Positions 8,304 to 15,890 of a stretch of 24,000 nt of DNA are shown one piece after another. The notes under the pieces were generated by a model. The model was given only the letters and a program-made list of their open reading frames with translations. It was not told the DNA's origin and searched no databases. Both the position numbers and the translations under genes were made by a program. This DNA is from Streptococcus zhangguiae (GTDB taxonomy: Bacteria; Bacillota; Bacilli; Lactobacillales; Streptococcaceae): NCBI RefSeq assembly GCF_017639855.1, contig NZ_CP072115.1, forward strand, positions 1,150,459 through 1,174,458, written 5' to 3'. How positions within the stretch are numbered: the stretch's first letter is position 1; every line of letters begins with the position of its first letter.

Positions 8304-9362
8304 TTACCCTACTTCTATTAATTCTTTATTGGAAAGGGTCAAACGCTTCCCAACTCCTTCTTGAACTGCGACAACATCTTCGATACGAACACCACCAAAC
8401 TCAGGGATATAGATTCCAGGCTCACAGGTCATGACCATCCCTTCTTCGAGTATCATAGAGCTAGTTGGACTGAGTATGGGTAAATCGCCACCCAAGCCAA
8501 TACCATGACCCAATCCATGAACAAAGTAATCCCCATATCCTGCTTCTTCAATCACTTCTCGAGCTACTTTATCAATAGCCCTTCCCTGTAATCCTGCAAC
8601 CACTACCGAAACAGCTTGAGTTTGTGCCTGTAAAACAGTTTGGTAGATTTCCTTTTGCTGCCGACTAAGAAGACCAACTGCAACTGTCCGCGTCATATCG
8701 GATTGATAATGGTCTAAAATAACCCCAAAATCAATCGTTAGTAATTCCCCTCTTTCAATGCGTTTATTAGTTGGACGACCATGAGGATAGGCTCCACGAA
8801 CACCTGAAGCGATAATCGGTTCAAAAGCCATAGCACTTGCACCACTTTTCAATGCTTGATAATGAATCAATCCACTCAACTCTAATTCTGTCATTCCAAC
8901 TCTAATTTGAGGTAGGATATGAGAATAGATATCATCTGTTAATTGGCAAGCTGCTTGGATTTTCAAAAATTCTTCTGGAGTTTTTACAGAACGAATTCGT
9001 TCAAGCTCATCATGCAACAGATAGACAGTAAATGTTCGAACTAAACAGTTATATTCCTGAATTGATAAGCCATTCGATTCAATCCCAACTCTCTGAACAT
9101 TTTCTTTCATCAAAAAAGCGATGATTTCATCTATATACTTCCCTTTTACGACCTCTTTTTGCTGATAGTCCTTATCTGTCTGCTCGATAATTTCTTGTTG
9201 ATAACGTCCGTCAAAAAATTGAAAAACAGCTGATTTTGTTAGAACAAGATAAACACCACTTCCTTTTAATGAATGTAGATAGAGTTTATTTGGAACAGAT
9301 TTGATAATAAGGGCATCTAAATCCTTTTCTTCCAGTAATCGGAAGACTTTTTCAACTACCAC
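8304..9362 (-). CDS. M24B-family metallopeptidase (Xaa-Pro amino/dipeptidase-like, PepP/PepQ/YpdF-like)
   Basis: 352 aa. The pita-bread metal ligands are recognisable: DFG...SDMTRT, HGLGHGIG, CEPGIY and VRIED. The start is GTG, with an AAGGAG SD 6 nt upstream. Confidence 0.85.
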   Translation of the reverse strand: MVVEKVFRLLEEKDLDALIIKSVPNKLYLHSLKGSGVYLVLTKSAVFQFFDGRYQQEIIEQTDKDYQQKEVVKGKYIDEIIAFLMKENVQRVGIESNGLSIQEYNCLVRTFTVYLLHDELERIRSVKTPEEFLKIQAACQLTDDIYSHILPQIRVGMTELELSGLIHYQALKSGASAMAFEPIIASGVRGAYPHGRPTNKRIERGELLTIDFGVILDHYQSDMTRTVAVGLLSRQQKEIYQTVLQAQTQAVSVVVAGLQGRAIDKVAREVIEEAGYGDYFVHGLGHGIGLGGDLPILSPTSSMILEEGMVMTCEPGIYIPEFGGVRIEDVVAVQEGVGKRLTLSNKELIEVG

Positions 9363-9373
9363 TTCTCTCTCCT

Positions 9374-10699
9374 TTAAAAGTCTAAGCCTAATTCATCTAA
9401 AATATCGGTATCAGCTGCAGTAAAGATATCTTTTTGGCTCTCTGCCTTCTTTTCTGCCTCTAATTCCTGTTTTTCCATGATTTTAAAGAAAGGCCAATAT
9501 AAAGCAACTGTCAAAACCAATTGGATTGCATTGGCCACAATTGACCGCCAATCTCCATTAGTTAAAAATCCTTCTAGGAAAACACCAACATAAGGTGGAT
9601 CAAAGATTGGCTTATCTACCAAGCCCCAATGCATCATAAACATCGGTAATGTTCCGATAATAGCTCCACCAAATACATGTGGAATAAACATGACTGGATT
9701 CAAAATAATTGGTGCTCCAAATAAGATCGGTTCATTAATTCCAAATAAAGCTGGGAATAGTGATACTTTTCCGATTTGACGATAGCGTTGACTTTTAGAT
9801 AGCATACAAGCGATGACACAACCAATTGAAATACCGCAACCTGTAAAACCAAAGAAAGCACTAGAAGCTCCAGCAGTATAGAAGTGAGGCAAGGGTTGAC
9901 CTGCTTGATAAGCAGCAATATTTTCTGCAATAAAAACCACCATGATTGGTCGCGTAATCGGACTAAAAACAGAGGAATGGATCCCAAAGAAGAAGATGGT
10001 ACAAATACAGAAGTTAAGAGCCAAAACAGACCAAGGATTATCCATCGATCCCACTAATGGTTGAAGGAAGCGAGTCAAAATGGTAGGAGGAAGCTCTCCT
10101 ATTGTTGACAATAAAACAAAACGTGTCAAGATAAATGTTCCACCGACAATCAAAGTAACTGGAATTAACTCAAAAGAACGGGATACAAAGTCAGGAACAC
10201 CATCTGGCATTCGAATGGTCAAGTTTCTCTTCTTACAGAACTGATAGAGTTCCACCGTTACTAAAGAAGCGATCATAGAAGTAAATAACCCCTTGGCGCC
10301 TAAATTAGACAGACTGACGCCTCCATCTTCTGTAAATTGGACTGTCAGAAATAAGAAGGCAAAAACAGCTTGTGTCACAGCTCCTGGAATATATAATTTG
10401 TAATAATTTGCTAAATTAAATGAAATCGCCATACAAGAATATAAGCCAATGAGCCCAATGGATAAGGTAACTGGAAGATCAAATAATTCTGCATTCTGCA
10501 AAATAAATTTACTAACAATATTATTTTCCCCTAACATATTAGGCAAGGCTGGTAAAATAGCAAAGAAACTTCCTAAAATGGTAAAAGGAGTCATGGCAAC
10601 CATTCCCGCCTTAATGGCACTTAAATGCCGTTGATTATCTACCTTTCGTGCTAAGGGTAGAAAAAAACGATTCATAAATGCTTCAAATTTTTCGAACAT
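9374..10699 (-). CDS. PTS lactose/cellobiose-family EIIC permease
   Basis: 441 aa, polytopic. It has the typical EIIC type-3 N-terminus (FMNRFFLPLARKVDNQRHLSAIKAGMVAMTPFTILGSFF) and a charged C-terminal tail. ATG start with a GGAAAGGA SD. Confidence 0.9.
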   Translation of the reverse strand: MFEKFEAFMNRFFLPLARKVDNQRHLSAIKAGMVAMTPFTILGSFFAILPALPNMLGENNIVSKFILQNAELFDLPVTLSIGLIGLYSCMAISFNLANYYKLYIPGAVTQAVFAFLFLTVQFTEDGGVSLSNLGAKGLFTSMIASLVTVELYQFCKKRNLTIRMPDGVPDFVSRSFELIPVTLIVGGTFILTRFVLLSTIGELPPTILTRFLQPLVGSMDNPWSVLALNFCICTIFFFGIHSSVFSPITRPIMVVFIAENIAAYQAGQPLPHFYTAGASSAFFGFTGCGISIGCVIACMLSKSQRYRQIGKVSLFPALFGINEPILFGAPIILNPVMFIPHVFGGAIIGTLPMFMMHWGLVDKPIFDPPYVGVFLEGFLTNGDWRSIVANAIQLVLTVALYWPFFKIMEKQELEAEKKAESQKDIFTAADTDILDELGLDF

Positions 10700-10720
10700 A
10701 GTTCTTGTCCTTTCCTTCTT

Positions 10721-11053
10721 TTATGACTTTAATACATGTTTTCGATGTGTCACTAAAGCCAATTTGAGAACAGTTGCTCCGTCCATTTGTCCATAGACAT
10801 CCTTATCAATCACAGCATAGGGAATTCCCTTCGGTTCAAGGACTGATTGGATATAATCTACCTTATGAGCAATTTGAGGACCAACTAATACAATATCCCA
10901 CCCATCAATTTCTTGTTCTAAAGCATCTGCTGGAATTGCAGTAAAATCAAATTCTTCGTCTTTTAAAACTTCACTTTTTTGTACAACTTTCCGCATATTT
11001 TGCATTAACATGTTGGTAGAAAAACCACCAGCACAACAGAGTAAAATTTTCAT
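10721..11053 (-). CDS. PTS lactose/cellobiose-family EIIB
   Basis: 110 aa. MKILLCCAGGFSTNMLMQNM carries the active-site Cys loop of EIIB type 3. Confidence 0.9.
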   Translation of the reverse strand: MKILLCCAGGFSTNMLMQNMRKVVQKSEVLKDEEFDFTAIPADALEQEIDGWDIVLVGPQIAHKVDYIQSVLEPKGIPYAVIDKDVYGQMDGATVLKLALVTHRKHVLKS

Positions 11054-11071
11054 CTTTCTTCTCCCTTTTAT

Positions 11072-11368
11072 TTATTCATAAAGAGCAATCATCGCTTCAA
11101 TCAAATCCCTAGCCAGTTGACTTGTCATATAATGGTCTTGCGCATGGACCATCAATAACGTGACCTTTGTATCCTCCTCTCCCATCAACGCTTTACTGAT
11201 TAGATTGGTTTGAAGATTATGTGCTTCTAAATCTAGTTGTCTAGATTCTTTAATCAATTCCTTTGCTCTTGCAATATCCCTTTGTTTCAAACATTTCAGG
11301 GCTTCGAAAGCTTTTGCTTTGCTATCGCCTGAAATTGCAATCATTTTAACAATATCCATTTCTTCCAT
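11072..11368 (-). CDS. PTS lactose/cellobiose-family EIIA
   Basis: 98 aa, helical. It has the conserved His motif LLMVHAQDHYMTS of EIIA type 3. AGGAG SD 8 nt upstream. Confidence 0.87.
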   Translation of the reverse strand: MEEMDIVKMIAISGDSKAKAFEALKCLKQRDIARAKELIKESRQLDLEAHNLQTNLISKALMGEEDTKVTLLMVHAQDHYMTSQLARDLIEAMIALYE

Positions 11369-11379
11369 CTGAATTTCTC

Positions 11380-12423
11380 CTATTTAAATGCCCTAAATTG
11401 CTCACAATACTCTGCTGAACACTCCAGAATGAGAGCCTGATGCAAGTCTATCATTTGAGTGATATCTCCCTCATTTACTAAAGAATAAGGGCAATGACCA
11501 TGCCGAACAGGTACAATGGTGACAACTGTCGGTTTTCCTTCGTGAACGAGATGAGCCTGTCCACCATCAGTTCCTCCAGATGAAAACATATCTAACTGAA
11601 GAGGAAGGCCGTACTGTTTGGCTATATTTTTTACATATTGTACCATCGGCAAATTCGGCGCTAACGTACGGTCAAAATGTGTTAGAATAGGGCCCTTCCC
11701 AACCTGTCTCTGATTGAGGTGATTTCTCGTTGTAGAATCGCTATAAGTAGCTACATCAATGACAAAGACACTGTCTGGATTAATTAGTTGTGTAGCAGTT
11801 TTTGCTCCTCTAATCCCAACTTCTTCACTGCTAGTAAAGGCAAAATGAACTGTAAGAGGAAGATCTTGATTGGCTAAATTCTTCATTAACTGTCCCATGA
11901 TATAGCAGGCTAATCGATTATCTAGTGCTTTTCCCATATACATAGACTGGGGTGCTAAGCGTTCAAACTGACTATCAAAGCAGACCATATTACCGACTTC
12001 AATACCTAAGTCTGTCACTTCTTGATAAGATGAAGCACCAATGTCACAAATTAGCTCTTCCGTCATTCCGTTTTGATAGCGACCCGAAATGAAACCTAAA
12101 ATTTTTTCTCCATTGAAAGTTGTAATCCGTACTCTCTGAAAATGTTGCGCTAAGGGTTTGACCCCACCAACGACCATCAGGTAAATGAGACCATTCTCAC
12201 TGACACTACGTACCATAAAACCAACTTCATCTAAATGTCCACAAATCATGATACTCTTACTTGTATCACGGCCTTGCTTCGTAAAAATCAGGCTTCCTAA
12301 GCCATCGTATTGTTTCGAAAAAGGAAGTGCCCCCAATTCATCTAGTAAGACCTGTCTAACTTCTTGTTCATTACTTGCAATACCGTCTGCATTTGATAAG
12401 GCTGCCAAAAATTCTATACTCAT
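11380..12423 (-). CDS. M42-family metallo-aminopeptidase (FrvX/YpdE/CelM-like)
   Basis: 347 aa. M42 ligand motifs are present: GHLDEVGFMV, ALDNRLACY, SSEEVGIRGA, VIDVA and PVRHGHCP. The ATG lies 1 nt after the regulator's stop (TAG-T-ATG). Confidence 0.87.
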   Translation of the reverse strand: MSIEFLAALSNADGIASNEQEVRQVLLDELGALPFSKQYDGLGSLIFTKQGRDTSKSIMICGHLDEVGFMVRSVSENGLIYLMVVGGVKPLAQHFQRVRITTFNGEKILGFISGRYQNGMTEELICDIGASSYQEVTDLGIEVGNMVCFDSQFERLAPQSMYMGKALDNRLACYIMGQLMKNLANQDLPLTVHFAFTSSEEVGIRGAKTATQLINPDSVFVIDVATYSDSTTRNHLNQRQVGKGPILTHFDRTLAPNLPMVQYVKNIAKQYGLPLQLDMFSSGGTDGGQAHLVHEGKPTVVTIVPVRHGHCPYSLVNEGDITQMIDLHQALILECSAEYCEQFRAFK

Positions 12424-12424
12424 A

Positions 12425-14254
12425 CTATTTTCCTTCTAATATATTCTTTAATTGGTAACGAAATTCATGATATGTTTCTGTCTTGCTCAAAGATTCAATC
12501 CCTAGTGGATTTTCCATTACCTTGCTGAGCACCTTCGAAATAATTTGATGTTTTTCAACCTCTCCTTCTTTCAGCGATACCATAAAAATGATTTTTGGAT
12601 AGATTCCTTCTGTCTTTACACCCTTTGGCAATAGGCAGACCGAGATGATATTCTTCTGTCCCTTCATCTCCATTGGGTGAGGGATTGCAATGCCATTGGC
12701 ATAAATTGTCGATAAGTAATCCTCTCTTTCCAATACCGAATGTTGGTAACCCAATTGCTGATTATAAACTTCTAATTCAGCTGCTAAATCCGATAAAATG
12801 GTGCGATAGTCTTCTTTCCCTTTAATGCTAAAGAAATCACTAGACAACCATTCAAGAAATAAGTCTTCCATAGAACTAGACCGCGAACCCCGAAAAGATT
12901 CAAGGTAACCCGCCATTGACATAGCATCTATATTTTCTTGAATTTCATCCAAATGAAGAATTGGACAAGATAGGGCTAAATTCAAATCAGTCATTGAAAA
13001 AACCAAATCCGGTTGAAACTCTTGGATTGCTTGATTTTCCAATAGTGAAAATGTCTGAATCAACGCATTTTGGAAGATACGCCTTAGTTTCAAGTGAATT
13101 AACTGAGCTATTCCTCCTCCAGAAGAACAAACAACTGCAATGCGGTAGCGTTGCTCTAAACGTTTTTGCTTACTTTTCTGATAGGGAACTAACATATGGG
13201 TAGCTAAATAAGCTATCTCATCAGAGGAAATTTGAATGTGGTACTCCTCCTCCAACCACCGAGAAAATTTCAAGGCTTCGTTGTAAATAACAGGATAATG
13301 TTTACTAATATGACTGGCATAGGGATTGATACTAACAATCCGCTTTCTTGCTCGTTCAATCAAAGCAGCAATATGTAAGCAAACGAGATTTAAAAACTCA
13401 TAATCACTCGAAAATTCTGTACGATTGATTCGATCAATTGCTTGAAAATATTCGCTGATTTTCTTTTTTAGAGATAGTGGACGTGTATCAACTTTCTGCT
13501 TGGTCCGAATCGATAAACTATTCTCGAGAAACTCCGATTTTTCTTTAGAAAAGAGTGCTTTCAATATATTCAAATCCTTCTGTAAAGCACCATTTAATGC
13601 TTCTATCGTAACAGTCTGATTCATTAATTCCATACAGATAAGAAATAGCAACTCTTGCTTTACTGTTTGAATTTCAGCTACATCAGGAATATAAGAGCAA
13701 GTCTGAAACCAGTCAAATAAAATGGTCTGTAACATAACTTGTTGTTCTTGCGCCACATATTCTACGATAAACCTATTACACGATTCATGATGTAGGAGCC
13801 AAGCTATTTTTTCTGCTAATGAAGCACAGATACGAATACCATAATGTGCCTTTCTTTCTAACACCAATCCTTGATTTAACAGTTCTACTTCTATCTGCTG
13901 AAGATCTTTTTTAATTTGGCTACTGCTACTTAATACCATATCTGCCAATGATTGAATAGTCATATAGTCCGAGGAAATCAATAATAAAAAGCATAATTTA
14001 TTTTTCCTCATCGCCTGACTATCCATTACATCAAAAGATAACGTTGCAAAATAGTCCTCAAATCTTTTTTTATCAGCAATGACAAGACGGTAACCTAGTG
14101 GATATTTTTCAATCACAAATCCAGATTTCATCTCATTTAGTAACTTAATATCATTTTGAATCGTACGCCGAGAAACTTTATACAAATTGGCCAAAGTTTG
14201 TTCTGGAGTATACTCGTTATTCAATATAGTAGATAAAACTAAGTCACTTCTCAT
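12425..14254 (-). CDS. PRD-containing PTS-controlled transcriptional activator (MtlR/LicR type: HTH - PRDs - EIIB-like - EIIA-like)
   Basis: 609 aa. The N-terminal HTH is YKVSRRTIQNDIKLLNE, followed by central PRD-like helices. The EIIB(Gat)-like loop is RIAVVCSSGGGIAQL, and the C-terminal EIIA(Mtl/Fru)-like domain contains ANGIAIPHP. Strong AGGAGG SD. Confidence 0.85.
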   Translation of the reverse strand: MRSDLVLSTILNNEYTPEQTLANLYKVSRRTIQNDIKLLNEMKSGFVIEKYPLGYRLVIADKKRFEDYFATLSFDVMDSQAMRKNKLCFLLLISSDYMTIQSLADMVLSSSSQIKKDLQQIEVELLNQGLVLERKAHYGIRICASLAEKIAWLLHHESCNRFIVEYVAQEQQVMLQTILFDWFQTCSYIPDVAEIQTVKQELLFLICMELMNQTVTIEALNGALQKDLNILKALFSKEKSEFLENSLSIRTKQKVDTRPLSLKKKISEYFQAIDRINRTEFSSDYEFLNLVCLHIAALIERARKRIVSINPYASHISKHYPVIYNEALKFSRWLEEEYHIQISSDEIAYLATHMLVPYQKSKQKRLEQRYRIAVVCSSGGGIAQLIHLKLRRIFQNALIQTFSLLENQAIQEFQPDLVFSMTDLNLALSCPILHLDEIQENIDAMSMAGYLESFRGSRSSSMEDLFLEWLSSDFFSIKGKEDYRTILSDLAAELEVYNQQLGYQHSVLEREDYLSTIYANGIAIPHPMEMKGQKNIISVCLLPKGVKTEGIYPKIIFMVSLKEGEVEKHQIISKVLSKVMENPLGIESLSKTETYHEFRYQLKNILEGK

Positions 14255-14263
14255 ACACCCCTC

Positions 14264-14277
14264 CTAAAACGTTTTCA
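14264..14277. promoter_or_regulatory. Weak cre-like palindrome overlapping the regulator SD
   Basis: CTAAAACGTTTTCA matches the cre consensus at 12/14 positions, with a perfect AAAACGTTTT core. It lies between a minus-strand TATAAT (14290-14295) and the AGGAGG SD. Confidence 0.3.
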
Positions 14278-14437
14278 TTTTGTACTACTATTATATACTG
14301 ATTAGCTAGAATACAAAAGATGAATATTTTCCTTTTTAATTTGAAAAAAGTAACTGATTCTTCCCCCTAAGCTCCTAAACAAGACCGTCTATTGTCTACA
14401 AACTTGACAAATTCACCCATCCTTTTTATTTCAATGG

Positions 14438-15018
14438 TTCGGGAAAAAACAATCCTACTAAAGCCTTACTCGCTCTTTTCTTGACAAGCTCGTGAAAGAA
14501 CAGCCCACTGGACCCTACCTCGCTCTATAATTTCTAGGCGCGGGAAAAAACGGTCCACTTCAACTAACCTCGCTCTGCTATTTCTGGGCGAGGGAAAAAC
14601 AGTCCGCTGGACCTTAACTCGCTTTCTCGTTTCTCGGCTCGTGAAAAAACAATCCACCTTTCTAACCACGCTTTTCTATTTGACAAGCGCGGGAAAAACA
14701 GCCCGCTGGACCTTAACTCGCTTTCTCATTTCTCGGCTCGTGAAAAAACAATCCCCTTGCTAACCACGCTTTTCCATTTGACAAGCGCGGGAGAAACAGC
14801 CCACTGGACCTTAACTCGCTTTCTCGTTTCTCGGCTCGTGAAAAAACAATCCACCTTTCTAACCACGCTTTTCTATTTGACAAGCGCGGGAAAAACAGCC
14901 CGCTGGACCTTAACTCGCTTTCTCGTTTCTCGGCTCGTGAAAAAACAATCCCCTTGCTAACCACGCTTTTCCGTTTGACAAGCGCGGGAAAAACAGCCCA
15001 CTGGGCTGTTTTTTATGC
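14438..15018. repeat. Nested tandem repeat array, 12 units of ~49 bp (array 1)
   Basis: Unit starts are about 14438, 14489, 14539, 14589, 14638, 14688, 14737, 14786, 14835, 14885, 14934 and 14983. Two subtypes alternate, giving a 98-99-bp period: A (CGCGGGAAAAACAGCCCRCTGGACCTTAACTCGCTTTCTCRTTTCTCGG) and B (CTCGTGAAAAAACAATCC..CTAACCACGCTTTTC..TTTGACAAG). The 4-unit block 14638-14834 is repeated from 14835 with only 3 substitutions. Confidence 0.9.
14989..15014. terminator. Terminator-like perfect hairpin closing the array
   Basis: The sequence is AAAAACAGCCC-ACT-GGGCTGTTTTTT: a 6-bp GC-rich stem flanked by an A-run and a T-run, so it is symmetric and potentially bidirectional. Confidence 0.6.
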
Positions 15019-15024
15019 TATACT
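15016..15024 (+). promoter_or_regulatory. Extended -10 (TGCTATACT) for the HAD-pepT unit
   Basis: A TGnTATACT motif lies 28 nt upstream of ATG 15053. The GAGGAGG SD is at 15041-15047. Confidence 0.4.
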
Positions 15025-15052
15025 AGTCTATAGAATACTTGAGGAGGTGTGT

Positions 15053-15868
15053 ATGATTAAATTACTAGCTCTTGATATGGATGGGACCTTGTTGAATAGT
15101 CAGAAACAACTGACCCAACCACAGATTGAGGCGATTCATAAAGCGATTGAAATGGGGGTTAAGCTCGTACTGTGTACTGGCAGAATGCTCCCAGGGGTCA
15201 AGCCTTATTTTGACCAACTAGGACTGGATGCGGAAAATGAATATGTCATTGTCAATAATGGCTGCTCCACTCATCAAACGAGTGACTGGAAACTGATTGA
15301 CTGGGCGGAACTATCTCCTGATGAAATTCGGTATCTAGCAACCTTTATTCCAGAAAGTGAGATGCAGCTGACCTTATTTGACGAGGAGCATTATTATGTC
15401 TTAGAAGATGAACCAAATGAACATTCACGGACAGATGCTCATCTTGTTTTTGTAGAGCCAACGATTTTAAGCATGGAGAACGCAACAAACCAGAGCCGTC
15501 ATCTTTTCCAAGCCATGTATGTCGGAACAAAAGAGGCCACTGATGCCTTTGAAAGCAACTATGCTGACCTACTCCGTAAAGACTTCGATGCCGTACGCTC
15601 ACAAGATGTCCTGCTTGAAATTTTGCCAACAGGTACCAATAAGGCTTCTGCTCTCAAAAAATTGGCAGAACACTTGGGAATCTTACCCGAAGAAATTATG
15701 GCGATGGGTGATGCCAATAATGACATTGAAATGCTGGAATTTGCTGGTCTAAGTATTGCAATGGGGAATGCTAGCGAGCTTGTCCAATCGTTGGCAGATG
15801 ATGTCACCGATAGCAATGATTGCGACGGCGTTGCTAAAGCCATTTACAAACATATTTTACAGCAGTAG
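15053..15868 (+). CDS. Cof-type HAD-IIB sugar phosphatase
   Basis: I trimmed track ORF 14954-15868 to ATG 15053, which has a GAGGAGG SD; the upstream part is read-through of the repeat array. HAD motifs are present: [10 protein letters not shown] (DxDGT), CTGR and [10 protein letters not shown]. 271 aa. Confidence 0.87.
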   Translation: MIKLLALDMDGTLLNSQKQLTQPQIEAIHKAIEMGVKLVLCTGRMLPGVKPYFDQLGLDAENEYVIVNNGCSTHQTSDWKLIDWAELSPDEIRYLATFIPESEMQLTLFDEEHYYVLEDEPNEHSRTDAHLVFVEPTILSMENATNQSRHLFQAMYVGTKEATDAFESNYADLLRKDFDAVRSQDVLLEILPTGTNKASALKKLAEHLGILPEEIMAMGDANNDIEMLEFAGLSIAMGNASELVQSLADDVTDSNDCDGVAKAIYKHILQQ

Positions 15869-15890
15869 AAAATACCAAAAGGAGAAAATC

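Noticed and set aside
14466-14964. Track ORFs 14466-14669 (-), 14713-14964 (-) and 14757-14960 (+), predicted as 67-83-aa proteins.
   Set aside because: They lie entirely inside the 49/98-bp tandem array. The peptides are themselves periodic (for example SRAEKRESELRSSGLF repeated). ORFs occur on both strands of the same DNA, and none has an SD. They arise only because the repeat unit happens to lack stop codons.
14438-15018. A CRISPR array interpretation of the regularly spaced repeats (also considered for 5549-5900).
   Set aside because: The would-be spacers are themselves repeated and homologous to one another (alternating A and B units). The period, 49 bp or about 41 bp, is too short for a repeat plus spacer. 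There is no leader or cas genes in the window.
14954-15052. An N-terminal extension of the HAD phosphatase ORF (track start 14954).
   Set aside because: The extension is read-through of the repeat array and the terminator hairpin. A GAGGAGG SD sits directly before ATG 15053, and the HAD DxDGT motif begins 8 residues after that Met.
15756-15890. A longer pepT start at 15756 (451 aa).
   Set aside because: The extension overlaps the 3' end of the HAD gene. ATG 15891 has an AAGGAG SD and yields the canonical 406-aa PepT beginning [10 protein letters not shown].
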